A DNA stretch of 64,000 bases from Planctomycetota bacterium (GCA_041178545.1 JBEGVB010000062.1:10-64009), one strand, 5' to 3'; positions 1-9,194 are shown, counted from the stretch's first letter. Notes: generated from the sequence alone by a model not told the origin. Program-made: numbers and translations.

Positions 1-356
1 CCTGCGGCCAGGTTGCTGGCGAAGGTGGCCGAGGCCGCGAGGTAGTCGCTGGCCGCGTAGCCCATGTCGATGCGGATGTTGGGGTAGGTGCCGCCAGCCC
101 AGGTCGTCGTCGCGCCGGGGTATGGCCGGAACTTCATGCCCGTGATGAGCACCGGCTGGCTGACGTTCTGCAGCGTGAAGTTGCTGCTGTCGTAGATCTG
201 CTGGAAGCGCATGCTTGCGGTGCCGCGGTTCCAAGGGAATGCGTTGTTGGAGTTCCCCGGGATGGCGCCGTAGCCGTTGGGCACGACGATCTGGAGTTGG
301 GCAACCGCCGGCGCGGCGAGGACCGCAAGTGACAGGGTGAGCAGCAACCGTTGCAT
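1..356 (-). CDS. secreted protein of unknown function, N-terminal part only (gene continues past the left edge)
   Basis: Not in ORF track (open at edge). Hand translation of the minus strand from ATG (cat at 354-356) gives MQRLLLTLSLAVLAAPAVAQ/LQIVVPNGYGAIPGNSNNAFPWNRGTASMRFQQIYDSSNFTLQNV... It has a classic signal peptide, G/C-ending codons, and no stop down to position 1. Confidence 0.6.
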   Translation of the reverse strand, partial: MQRLLLTLSLAVLAAPAVAQLQIVVPNGYGAIPGNSNNAFPWNRGTASMRFQQIYDSSNFTLQNVSQPVLITGMKFRPYPGATTTWAGGTYPNIRIDMGYAASDYLAASATFASNLAA

Positions 357-601
357 GGAAACGTCTCCGGGTTGGGTGGAACGAAAGGAGCGCCAGCACG
401 GCGAACCCGAGACAAGGAGTCGAGTCCGATGGTCAAGCGCCGGGTCCAAGGATACCCCAACGGCATGGACGTCGTGGGTCCCAAGGCGGTTGCCGTGGCC
501 CAGACATGCTCGACTGGACGAATGGGCACTGGCCCCAGACAGGACCGCGCCCCACTGATTCTGGTGTAGCGCATCCGTGGGCTCATACACTGACAGTCTC
601 G

Positions 602-2467
602 ATGGATGCCTCCACGCAGGGACCGGCCGGCTCCGACGACCTTGAGCGGTTGGTTCTGCAGTGCATGGAGACCGCGGACCCGGGCGCAGAGCTGGCACGC
701 AGGTTCGGCGGGGACGCGCAGGGCATGGCTGCCGCGAGGGAACTGCTGGAGCGCTTGCTTCGCTCACGCGCCACGAACCCCGCTGCCAAGCCGCGCGGCC
801 CGGTGGCCGACGACCGGACCACGTGGCCCAGCATCCCGGACGTCGAGCTCGACCGGTTGCTGGGCCGCGGCGGACAGGGGTTCGTGTTCCGCGGCAGGCA
901 GTCGTACCTGGACCGCACCGTGGCGGTGAAGGTGCTGGACTCCGACCTGCGCACCGGCTCGTTCGTGGAACGCTTCCGCCGGGAGGCGCGGATGCTCGCC
1001 GGCCTGCGGCACCCCCACATCGTCACGTGCCACCATGCCGGCACCAACGATCGTGGTGACTGTTACATGGTGATGGAGTTCGTCGACGGCCCCCACCTCG
1101 GCGCATGGGTTGCGCAGCACGGGGCGCTGCCTCTCGACGCGGCACTGCAGCTCGGCATTGCGATGGCCGAGGCCCTCGCCTACGCGCACGACAACGGGTT
1201 GGTCCACCGCGACGTGAAGCCCGAGAACGTGCTGCTGAAGCCCATGCAACACGCTGGACCCGGCCAGCGGTTCCCGTTCATGCCACAACTCGTGGACCTG
1301 GGGCTCGCGCGGCCCACCGACAAGGGCCACGGCATGGTGGGGCTCACCACCACGGGTGCCGTGGTGGGCACTCCTGCCACCATGGCGCCGGAGCAGTTCG
1401 ACGACCCGGAGAGCGTGGACCTCCGTGCCGACGTCTACGGCCTCGGTTGCGTGCTGCACCATGCGCTGTCGGGCAGGCCAGCCTTTCCACAGAAGACGCT
1501 CACCGACCTCTTGCGGAGCAAGGCCGCCATGCGCGGGTCGGGGATCCGCCTGGCGTTGGGTGGCGTGCCCGAGCCAGTGTCGCAGTTGGTGGCCCGGATG
1601 CTCGCGGCAGACCCGGCGGACCGGCCGCAGACCCACCAAGAGGTCGCGGTTGCATTGCGTGCGCTGGCGATACGAACGAAGGCGGGGCACATCGCCTCGC
1701 GTCGAGGTCCTGCCGTGACGGCTGCAGTCGCATTGGCACTGGGCACCGCCGTGTTTGCCGCTTGGTGGTTGCTCACCCATGCGCCGGCGAATGAAACGTT
1801 GGCGCCAACGCAACCGCAGGCACAGACTGCTGCAGCGCCCGCTGCAGTGGTTGCCAACGATCTGGCGCCTGGTTCCGTGCTGGAGCTGTTCGGCACGGAC
1901 GAGGCCACGGCGATGGCGGGCTGGCAGTGCACCGATCCTGCGCGCTGGCAACTGGCAGAGGGTGGACGCAGCGTGCTCGCCAACGCGCCGCGCAACGCGA
2001 CCACAGCCGACCGCGCGTTGCCACGCGGCACCTTCGTGCTGCAGGGCGGCATCGAGCCGCGCTTCCGCTACGTGTCTGCCGACGAGCCGCGCGTGCCGGT
2101 GGCTGCCGTCGTGCTGGCACTGGAGTTCGGCCCGGATCGGCGCGTCGAGCTGCGCGTCGGACCGCGCCCGGGCACCGAGGTGGAGTTCGATGCCGTGGTC
2201 GCCTGCGCGACGCGGGACGGCAACGGCAGCTGGTCCACGACGAAAGAGCTGCTGCGCAGCCGCGGCGCGTACCCCGAGTCCGACCCGTTGCGCTTCACCC
2301 TCGACTGGGACGGCACGCGGCTGCGCGGCAGTCTTGCAGGCGCGGGCGAGGGCTTTGACCTCGCAGTGGCCGAGGAGTGGGGCGCAGCAGTGAACCCGAG
2401 CCGGCTGCGGGCCGAGGTGGACCGCGGCGTCGGCGTGCTGCGGGAGTGGCAGTTGGTCGGCAGGTGA
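602..2467 (+). CDS. membrane-spanning Ser/Thr protein kinase with extracytoplasmic C-terminal domain
   Basis: ORF 506..2467. Hanks-kinase motifs: LGRGGQGFVF, AVKV, HRDVKPENVLL, DLGLAR, GTPATMAPEQ. TM helix AVTAAVALALGTAVFAAWWLL, then a ~200-aa C-terminal domain of unknown fold. Start moved to ATG 602 (MDASTQG) because codons 506-601 are rich in A/T-ending codons. Confidence 0.88.
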   Translation: MDASTQGPAGSDDLERLVLQCMETADPGAELARRFGGDAQGMAAARELLERLLRSRATNPAAKPRGPVADDRTTWPSIPDVELDRLLGRGGQGFVFRGRQSYLDRTVAVKVLDSDLRTGSFVERFRREARMLAGLRHPHIVTCHHAGTNDRGDCYMVMEFVDGPHLGAWVAQHGALPLDAALQLGIAMAEALAYAHDNGLVHRDVKPENVLLKPMQHAGPGQRFPFMPQLVDLGLARPTDKGHGMVGLTTTGAVVGTPATMAPEQFDDPESVDLRADVYGLGCVLHHALSGRPAFPQKTLTDLLRSKAAMRGSGIRLALGGVPEPVSQLVARMLAADPADRPQTHQEVAVALRALAIRTKAGHIASRRGPAVTAAVALALGTAVFAAWWLLTHAPANETLAPTQPQAQTAAAPAAVVANDLAPGSVLELFGTDEATAMAGWQCTDPARWQLAEGGRSVLANAPRNATTADRALPRGTFVLQGGIEPRFRYVSADEPRVPVAAVVLALEFGPDRRVELRVGPRPGTEVEFDAVVACATRDGNGSWSTTKELLRSRGAYPESDPLRFTLDWDGTRLRGSLAGAGEGFDLAVAEEWGAAVNPSRLRAEVDRGVGVLREWQLVGR

Positions 2468-2491
2468 GCGCAGCTGCGGCCGCGCACGAAC

Positions 2492-3112
2492 TCAGCTGCG
2501 ACCGCGGCCCGGTCCGGCGAAGTCTCCGGGGTGTTCGAGGGCGTAGAGGTAGGCGCGGGTGAAGATCTCGTCGCCGCAGGCCCAGAACCGTGGCGAGAGC
2601 TGCTTCATGCCCGCCCAGACCGCGTCGCTGGTCCGCGCCTGCCGCTCGGACTGCGTGGCCGGCGGGCCCTCCGGCCCGAAGAGCAGGTCCGCCTCGCGGA
2701 GGACCTGTGCAGCCGCGTGGGCCCGGATGGCCTCGTGGACCCGGATCCGGTCGGCGAACTGTCGGTCGCCGAAGTCGAGGTAACAGCAGACGAGGCCTGC
2801 GTTGCAGATCCAGTTGTAGCCGTAGCCGACGATGGCGAGGAACCACTGCGGCTCGGTGAGCAGGTCCGCAGACCGGTTGTGCAGCTCGAACGCGGTCTCG
2901 AGCGGGTCACCGAGCCCGTGCATGCGGCAAAGCGCAGCAGCTGCACAGGAACTGGCGGGCGAGAACGAGCTGCGCGCCACCGCCTCGACTGCCGCAATCA
3001 GGTCCTCGCGCGAGGCAGAGGGGAAGGCTGCTTCCGCGCTGCGGAGCAGTTCGTCCGCGTCGATGTGGCCCTTGTCCCAGCCGGCAAGGAAGGCCTGCAG
3101 GTTGTTCACCAT
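2492..3112 (-). CDS. hypothetical cytoplasmic protein (Cys-containing, no family recognised)
   Basis: Distal part of ORF 2492..3400. Start set at ATG 3112 (MVNNLQAFLAGWDKGH), where G/C3 codon bias begins. 6 Cys incl. WICNAGLVCCY; no signal peptide. Lies 32 nt downstream of the porin gene on the same strand. Confidence 0.55.
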   Translation of the reverse strand: MVNNLQAFLAGWDKGHIDADELLRSAEAAFPSASREDLIAAVEAVARSSFSPASSCAAAALCRMHGLGDPLETAFELHNRSADLLTEPQWFLAIVGYGYNWICNAGLVCCYLDFGDRQFADRIRVHEAIRAHAAAQVLREADLLFGPEGPPATQSERQARTSDAVWAGMKQLSPRFWACGDEIFTRAYLYALEHPGDFAGPGRGRS

Positions 3113-3144
3113 GAGGTCGGTGGGCTGGGTGAGGGACCGCCGCG

Positions 3145-3960
3145 TCAGAACGCGAACGAGATCCCGGCGGTGAACCAGAACACGTCGGGATCCGGCTTGG
3201 CCCCCACGAACCAGTCGCGCATGGTCTCGTCGACGATGGTGCTGGCGTGCACCCCCACGCGCAACGTCGTGAGCGGCGTCAGGTCGTGGGCAACCTGCAG
3301 CCGAGCACCCGCGTCGCTGAACCCCGTGGTGGACTTGCGGTAGAGCCACTCCGAGTGCTCGTCGTCGGACCAGCCGAGCCACACGCCGGGCTCGAACCAC
3401 CAGCCTTTGGTGATCTTGACCTCGGCATTGACCTCGCCGCGCACGTAGACGGCGCCCGGCACCTCGTCGACGTCGTAGAAGGCGGTCACCGAGGGCTTCA
3501 CGCCCAGCACCTTGGTGCCCGCGCTCGCGAACGCCTCCGTGGTGGAGTCGAACGGCTGGAAGGGGAAGTACGCGTGGTTGGGCCAGTTGTAGTACTGCGC
3601 ACCGGCCTCGAGCGTCACGGGGCCCACGTCGCGGCTGTACGAGGCAATGAGGTCGAACTCGGTGGCCTCACCGCTGTGCCCCGGGTCGAACCAGGCGTCC
3701 CCCACCTCGTCGGTGAGGTCGACGTTGGCAAAGGCGCCGAAGTTGGCGTTGCCGGCGATGACTGTGGGGATGCTTGCGCGGGCATCGGGCTGGAACACGG
3801 CCTTCTCGGTCATGGTCTGGCCGCGGAAGACGTAGGCCGACGCGAAGTTGGCGTTCACGTCGAGGATGGCCTGGTCTTCGTTCTGGAACACGCAGGCTGG
3901 TGCTGTGAGCATGAGGGCTGCACCAACGAGGACACGGGTCGTTCCCATGGGCACGAGCAT
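3145..3960 (-). CDS. outer-membrane beta-barrel protein, TorF/Gcw_chp-like putative porin
   Basis: Distal part of ORF 3145..4125. Signal peptide MLVPMGTTRVLVGAALMLTAPA. Motifs ASAYVFRGQT and EFDLIASY...YYNWP resemble the TorF-type family. Alternating strand pattern and C-terminal GISFAF. Start is ATG 3960 (AGGA upstream) or ATG 3948. Confidence 0.7.
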   Translation of the reverse strand: MLVPMGTTRVLVGAALMLTAPACVFQNEDQAILDVNANFASAYVFRGQTMTEKAVFQPDARASIPTVIAGNANFGAFANVDLTDEVGDAWFDPGHSGEATEFDLIASYSRDVGPVTLEAGAQYYNWPNHAYFPFQPFDSTTEAFASAGTKVLGVKPSVTAFYDVDEVPGAVYVRGEVNAEVKITKGWWFEPGVWLGWSDDEHSEWLYRKSTTGFSDAGARLQVAHDLTPLTTLRVGVHASTIVDETMRDWFVGAKPDPDVFWFTAGISFAF

Positions 3961-5623
3961 ACGGATCCTGATGCTTGCGATCGCCGCCGGAGTCGCGGCC
4001 TCCGGCTGTGCGTCCGGTCCGCGGCAGCACATGGAGCTGCGTCCGGACGGCAGCAAGGCCGGCGCCGGCACGCTGGTGGACGGGATGCAGGAGGGCGAGT
4101 GGACCTTCTGGCACCAGAACGGCACGGTGAGCGCGCGCGGCAGCTACACGCGGGACGTGCGCGACGGCAGCTGGACCCACTGGCACCCGAGCGGCGCACT
4201 GCACATGCGCGGCGCGTATGCAGGCGCACGACAGGTGGGGCTGTGGGAGTTCTGGCACCCGAATGGTGCGCTGCAGTGCAGCGGCGAGTTCGTGGACGGC
4301 CGTGAGCACGGGCCGTGGGTGCACGGGCACGACAACGGGGCCGTGGCCCAGCGCGGCGTGTACGTCGAGGGCCAGCGCATGCTGCGCTGGGAGCAGTTCG
4401 ATGCGGCAGGCAGGCCCGTGAGCCGAGGCAGCTGGCTCGACGACAGGCCCGTGGGGGTGTGGAGCCAGTGGGACGCGAGCGGCACCGAGACGAAGCTGCA
4501 GTACCCGCTGCCTGGGGGCACCGAGCACGCGAGCGAGAGTTGGGACGAAGGGGCCTTGCGGCGCGAGGGCTTCGTGCGCGATGGCGCGGCCCACGGGCCG
4601 TGGCTGAGCCGGCACCGCAACGGCACGCCTCGTGCCTTCGTGGTGTTCGATCGCGGTGAGCCACGCGGCGAGCTCGTGGTGTGGCGCGCCGACGGGACCG
4701 TGCTGGCGCGAGGGCAGGTCGAGGGCACGCGCTGCGTGGGCACCTGGCAGGTTCAGCAGGCGGGTGCGCTGGTCCCGGTGGACGCGACCCACGAACCGCG
4801 CGCGCCTTGGGACCGCACGTGGAGCGAGGCCGAGGTTGCCGACCGCGAGAACCCGCTGGCCGTGGCTGCACGCTGGCTCGAAGAGCTTGCGAGCCCGCGC
4901 GAGGTCGTGCCGGTACCCGTCGTGCCGCAGGCACCCGTGGCCGCCGTGGTCGCCGAGCCGCAGCCTCGCGAGGAGGCGCCCACGGACCCGGGCGAGTGGA
5001 CTGCGCGCGAGCGCGAGGAACTCGAGGTCTTCCGCCGCTACTACCGCGACGGCAGGCTGCCACGCCGGTCGGGCGCAGCCGATCGCTACGGCAGCGGCGC
5101 CGGAGCGACCACGCTGGGCAAGGGCGACGCACCGCTCGCAGGGCGCATCGTCGGGGCGCAGCTGCCGGTCACCGAGTTCCCAGCAGCCGACGGCACGCGA
5201 CTCGACCTCGCGAGCCTTCGCGGCAAGCGCGTGCTGTTCGTGGTGCTGCGCGGATTCACGTCGCAAGTCTGTGTCTACTGCTTCGCGCAGACCGCCGAGC
5301 TGGCGCCGCTCGCCAAGCGTTGGCGCGAGCTGGACTGCGAGGTGGTGGTGATGTTCCCCGGCACGCGGAGCCGCATGGCCGCGTTCCAGAGCGCCTGCAG
5401 CAGCGAGTTCGGCGACGCGGCTCCCCCCTACCGGTTGGTGTACGACCCGGACCTCCAGCTCGCCAAGGCACTGGGACTGCAGGGCAACCTCGCACGCCCG
5501 GCCTCCTTCGTCCTGGACCGCGAGGGCATCGTGCGCCACGCGTACGTGGCGGAGAGCGTGGAGAACACCGCCGACCGGCCCTCCGCAGCGCGGCTTGCCG
5601 AGTGGGTCGAGTCCACGCGGTGA
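3947..5623 (+). CDS. lipoprotein with MORN/YwqK-like repeats fused to a C-terminal AhpC/TSA-redoxin-like (CxxC) domain
   Basis: Distal part of ORF 3848..5623. Lipobox MGTSIRILMLAIAAGVAASG/C. Repeats GEWTFWHQNGTVSARGSY, GSWTHWHPSGALHMRGAY, GLWEFWHPNGALQCSGEF etc. Pro/Ala linker, then a thioredoxin-fold region with RGFTSQVCVYCFAQ. Confidence 0.8.
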   Translation: MGTSIRILMLAIAAGVAASGCASGPRQHMELRPDGSKAGAGTLVDGMQEGEWTFWHQNGTVSARGSYTRDVRDGSWTHWHPSGALHMRGAYAGARQVGLWEFWHPNGALQCSGEFVDGREHGPWVHGHDNGAVAQRGVYVEGQRMLRWEQFDAAGRPVSRGSWLDDRPVGVWSQWDASGTETKLQYPLPGGTEHASESWDEGALRREGFVRDGAAHGPWLSRHRNGTPRAFVVFDRGEPRGELVVWRADGTVLARGQVEGTRCVGTWQVQQAGALVPVDATHEPRAPWDRTWSEAEVADRENPLAVAARWLEELASPREVVPVPVVPQAPVAAVVAEPQPREEAPTDPGEWTAREREELEVFRRYYRDGRLPRRSGAADRYGSGAGATTLGKGDAPLAGRIVGAQLPVTEFPAADGTRLDLASLRGKRVLFVVLRGFTSQVCVYCFAQTAELAPLAKRWRELDCEVVVMFPGTRSRMAAFQSACSSEFGDAAPPYRLVYDPDLQLAKALGLQGNLARPASFVLDREGIVRHAYVAESVENTADRPSAARLAEWVESTR

Positions 5624-5664
5624 GTGCCGTGGGACCGCCCAGTGGTTGTCGTAACGGGCGCCCC

Positions 5665-7146
5665 ATGCTGCGCCTCGCCTGCCTCGCCGCCCTGTGCGGC
5701 CTCGCCGTCCCAACCGCCCTTCCAGCCCAGGATCCCGCTGCCGCGACGCCGCGCACCACCGCAAGCCGCGCCAGCAGGCCCAACTTCGTGTTCCTGCTGG
5801 CAGAGGGCACGGGCGCGGGATGGAACAGCCTGTCGGTGGCGCTGGACGACCGGATGCCCGAGGCCAAGTCCGATGCCGGCCTGACGCCCAGCCTCGAGAA
5901 GCTGGCGGCAGAGGGCATGCGGATGCCCTCCTTCTACGTGTCCGCGCCACGCTGCACGCCTGCCCGCGCAACCCTGCTCACCGGCATCGGTGCGGCCAAG
6001 CTGCACATGACCTACGTGAACGAGAGCGGGTCGGAGCGGCGCGGCGGTGCACAGGCAACGGGGGGCGGCGGTGGCCGGCGGAGGGGTGGTCAGGGCGAGC
6101 CCGAGCCCGCAGCGGAGGGGACCGGGCCCACGACCAAGTTGCTGCCCCCCAGCAGCGTGAGCCAGCTGCCTCGCAACCTTCCCACCATCGCCTCGGTGCT
6201 CAAGGAAGCTGGCTACGCGACCGCGCACCTCGGCAAGTGGCACGTCGGTCGCCTCGCCCCCGGCAACCACGGGTTCGACCTCGACGACGGCGCCAACACC
6301 AACCAGGGCCCCGGTCGCGACCCCAAGCCCAACCCCGAACAAGGCACTGCCATCACCGACCGCGGCATCGAGTTCATGCGTGCCCAGGTGGCAGCAGGCA
6401 AACCCTTCTACCTGCAGCTCTCCCACTACGGCGGTGGCAGCGAGGACGAGGTGCGCGCGGAGACGCGGCAGGCGCTGGCGGCCCAGCTGCGCGGCATGCG
6501 CGGCAAGACCGCGTGGCAGGCTGGCATCCTCGCAGACGTGGACGCGAACCTCGGCCGCATCCTCGCGGCACTCGACGAGCTCGGCATCGCCGACAGCACC
6601 TACGTGGTGTTCTCGACGGACCACGGCATGGCCGGCCGCAACTCCAACCTGCCGCTGCAGGGCGGCAAGGGCAGCGTGATGGAGGGCGGCGTGCGCGTCC
6701 CGTTCCTGGTGCGCGGCCCCGGCATCCCCAAGGGATCGCAGGCACGCGTGCTCGCGAGCGGGGCCGACCTGCTGCCCACCCTTGCCGACCTCGCCGGCGT
6801 GCAGCGCATGCCGTCCGGCATCGAGGGCGGCAGCCTCGCTGCCGTGTGGAAGGACCCTGCGAAGGGCACCGTGCAGCGGCCGCACGAGGAGTTCGTGGTC
6901 CACTTCCCGCACTACGACCTGGGCAGTCCGCCCGCGAGCGCGATCTGGCTCGGCGACCACAAGCTCGTGTGGCTCCACGAGGACGACAAGCTGCAGCTCT
7001 TCGACCTCGCGAAGGACCCGGGGGAGCGGCGCGACCTCGCGCGCGAGGAGCCCAAGCGGGTCGCAGACCTGAAGAAGCGACTCGACGCCTACCTCGAGGA
7101 CATCGACGCAGCGATGCCGCAGCCGAACCCGGCCCACGGCAAGTGA
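5665..7146 (+). CDS. sulfatase (Cys-type formylglycine family), secreted
   Basis: In-frame distal part of ORF 4681..7146. ATG 5665 gives signal peptide MLRLACLAALCGLAVPTALPAQ. Signature SAPRCTPARATLLTG (C-x-P-x-R), GKWHVG, STDHG. Confidence 0.9.
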   Translation: MLRLACLAALCGLAVPTALPAQDPAAATPRTTASRASRPNFVFLLAEGTGAGWNSLSVALDDRMPEAKSDAGLTPSLEKLAAEGMRMPSFYVSAPRCTPARATLLTGIGAAKLHMTYVNESGSERRGGAQATGGGGGRRRGGQGEPEPAAEGTGPTTKLLPPSSVSQLPRNLPTIASVLKEAGYATAHLGKWHVGRLAPGNHGFDLDDGANTNQGPGRDPKPNPEQGTAITDRGIEFMRAQVAAGKPFYLQLSHYGGGSEDEVRAETRQALAAQLRGMRGKTAWQAGILADVDANLGRILAALDELGIADSTYVVFSTDHGMAGRNSNLPLQGGKGSVMEGGVRVPFLVRGPGIPKGSQARVLASGADLLPTLADLAGVQRMPSGIEGGSLAAVWKDPAKGTVQRPHEEFVVHFPHYDLGSPPASAIWLGDHKLVWLHEDDKLQLFDLAKDPGERRDLAREEPKRVADLKKRLDAYLEDIDAAMPQPNPAHGK

Positions 7147-7171
7147 GCGCGGGGGCTGCGCGTCCTGCGCC

Positions 7172-7696
7172 TCAGCCCTTCTTCCTGACCTGTTCCTCGA
7201 TGACAGGTTCCGAAGGCTGTGGCGGGGTGATCGGCTCAGCCGGAGCCTCGGGGGCAGGCTCGGCAGCGACCGGCGGCTTCATCTCCACCAGCTGGTAGTC
7301 CTGCGCGGGCTGCTCCTCACCGACCCACACGCGGCGGAAGACGAGGTCGAGGCTGTCGAGCGGGGCGCCCACCAGCACGTGTCCCATCGAGGCACCCCCC
7401 ACCATCGGGAACAGCAGGAAGTCCATGCGCGCGTCATCGGACTGGTGGTCCTCGGTGGCAAGGCTGATGGGGTAGGTGACCGGCAGGATGCCGATCGCGA
7501 TCACGCCACCCAACAGGCCGCCCGCAGCAGCGCCGACCCTGGCCGACTCCCGGACCCAAGTAGGCCGCTCGAAGTCCTCGGGCGGCGACGTGGTCGCGAG
7601 CGTGTTCTCGACGTTCTTCGGGTGACGCTCCTCGCCGGGCCCGACGCATGCAGCCAGCAGGGCGAGGACGGAGCAGGCGAGGGTTCGTGCGGCCAT
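7172..7696 (-). CDS. hypothetical lipoprotein
   Basis: Distal part of ORF 7172..7891. ATG 7696 gives MAARTLACSVLALLAA/C lipobox. Gly-rich hydrophobic segment and a Pro/Glu/Ala-rich tail. Confidence 0.6.
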   Translation of the reverse strand: MAARTLACSVLALLAACVGPGEERHPKNVENTLATTSPPEDFERPTWVRESARVGAAAGGLLGGVIAIGILPVTYPISLATEDHQSDDARMDFLLFPMVGGASMGHVLVGAPLDSLDLVFRRVWVGEEQPAQDYQLVEMKPPVAAEPAPEAPAEPITPPQPSEPVIEEQVRKKG

Positions 7697-7874
7697 GGGC
7701 GGCGGAGCATAGCGAGTGGCCCGACCGGACTCCCGGCCGAGCTCGTCCGAGTTGGTCGGACGTCGCGCGACGCTGGGCACGATGCCATGGGGAAATCGCT
7801 CAAGGCCACCGTCCCAAATGCCGACGACCGGGTTCCCATCCAGCAGACCCCAGCTACGTTCTGGGTACACGAAC

Positions 7875-9176
7875 ATGAAGATCGCTGTCATTGGTTCCGG
7901 TTATGTGGGCCTCGTGGTCGGCACCTGCTTCGCCGACACGGGCAACAAGATCTATTGCGTCGACGTGGACGAGAAGAAGATCGCGCGCCTCCAGGCGGGC
8001 GAGGTCCCGATCTACGAGCCCGGCCTCGAAGAGCTGATCAAGCGCAACGTCGAGGAGGGCCGGCTGCTGTTCAGCACCGACGTGGCGACGGCCATCAAGA
8101 AGGCCTCGGTGATCTTCATCGCGGTTGGCACGCCCCCCGGCGAGGACGGCAGCGCCGACCTGCGCTACGTGCTGGCGGTGGCCGACTCCATCGGCACCCA
8201 CATGGAGAGCCCCAAGACGGTGGTGCTCAAGAGCACCGTGCCGGTGGGCACCAACAAGAAGGTGCGCGCGCGCATCGCCGCCAAGACCAAGATCGACTTC
8301 GACGTGGTGAGCAACCCCGAGTTCCTCAAGGAGGGCGCCGCCATCGAGGACTTCACCAAGCCCGACCGCGTGGTCATCGGCTGTGAGACCGAGGCAGCAC
8401 GCAAGGTGATGGAGGAGCTGTACAGCCCCTACCTGCGCACCGGCAAGCCGCTGCTGTGCATGGACCCGGCCTCCGCCGAGATGACCAAGTACGCAGCCAA
8501 CGCCATGCTCGCCACCCGCATCTCGTTCATGAACGAGATGGCGCGGATCTGCGAGGTGGTAGGCGCAGACGTCAACCACGTGCGCAAGGGCATCGGCACC
8601 GACGCGCGCATCGGCTTCCCCTTCCTCTTCGCCGGCGTCGGCTACGGCGGCTCGTGCTTCCCCAAGGACGTGCGTGCCCTCGTGCAGACCGCGAAGGAGC
8701 ACGGCTACCAGCCGCACATCGTTCCTGCCGTGGAAGAGGTCAACGAGGAACAGAAGCACCTGCTGGTGCAGAAGGTGTTCAAGCACTTCGGCAAGGACCT
8801 GAAGGGCAAGCACTTCGCGCTGTGGGGCCTGGCCTTCAAGCCCAAGACCGACGACATGCGCGAGGCACCGAGCCTCGTGGTGGTCGAGGGCCTGCGTGCC
8901 GCAGGTGCCACCGTCACCGCCTTCGACCCGGAGGCGATGAAGGAGACCAAGCGCATGATCGGTGACGCGATCACCTATGCCGACAACGCACTCGATGCCT
9001 GCAAGGGCGCCGACGCGCTGATCCTCGTGACCGAGTGGAGCGAGTTCCGCCACCTCGACCTCGAGGAGATCAAGCCGCTGCTCAAGGGCCGCGTGCTGTT
9101 CGACGGCCGCAACATCTGGGACCCCGCGCGCGTCCGCGCGCAGGGCTTCGAGTACTACGGCATCGGCATCCGCTGA
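7875..9176 (+). CDS. ugd: UDP-glucose 6-dehydrogenase
   Basis: Distal part of ORF 7716..9176. ATG 7875 MKIAVIGSGYVGLV (Rossmann GxGxxG), catalytic GGSCFPKD. Full-length colinearity with the UDP-glucose/GDP-mannose dehydrogenase family. Confidence 0.95.
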   Translation: MKIAVIGSGYVGLVVGTCFADTGNKIYCVDVDEKKIARLQAGEVPIYEPGLEELIKRNVEEGRLLFSTDVATAIKKASVIFIAVGTPPGEDGSADLRYVLAVADSIGTHMESPKTVVLKSTVPVGTNKKVRARIAAKTKIDFDVVSNPEFLKEGAAIEDFTKPDRVVIGCETEAARKVMEELYSPYLRTGKPLLCMDPASAEMTKYAANAMLATRISFMNEMARICEVVGADVNHVRKGIGTDARIGFPFLFAGVGYGGSCFPKDVRALVQTAKEHGYQPHIVPAVEEVNEEQKHLLVQKVFKHFGKDLKGKHFALWGLAFKPKTDDMREAPSLVVVEGLRAAGATVTAFDPEAMKETKRMIGDAITYADNALDACKGADALILVTEWSEFRHLDLEEIKPLLKGRVLFDGRNIWDPARVRAQGFEYYGIGIR

Positions 9177-9194
9177 GCAGCGGCGCAGGCCGGG

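Noticed and set aside
3668-5971. 767-aa minus-strand ORF (and the 425-aa ORF 3855..5132) covering the MORN-redoxin gene
   Set aside because: It is antisense to a gene with clear motifs. The translation is Arg/Ala/Pro/Gly-rich low-complexity with no motifs. This is the typical stop-codon-poor shadow frame of high-GC DNA.
5428-7137. 569-aa minus-strand ORF and 534-aa plus ORF 5694..7298 over the sulfatase locus
   Set aside because: These are antisense or out-of-frame to the sulfatase, which has the C-x-P-x-R signature. No motifs and skewed Arg/Ala/Gly composition.
7716-7874. In-frame 53-codon upstream extension of ugd in the ORF track
   Set aside because: The Rossmann fold begins at MKIAVIGSGYVG (ATG 7875). 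The upstream codons are compositionally non-coding and would abut the promoter region of the divergent lipoprotein gene.
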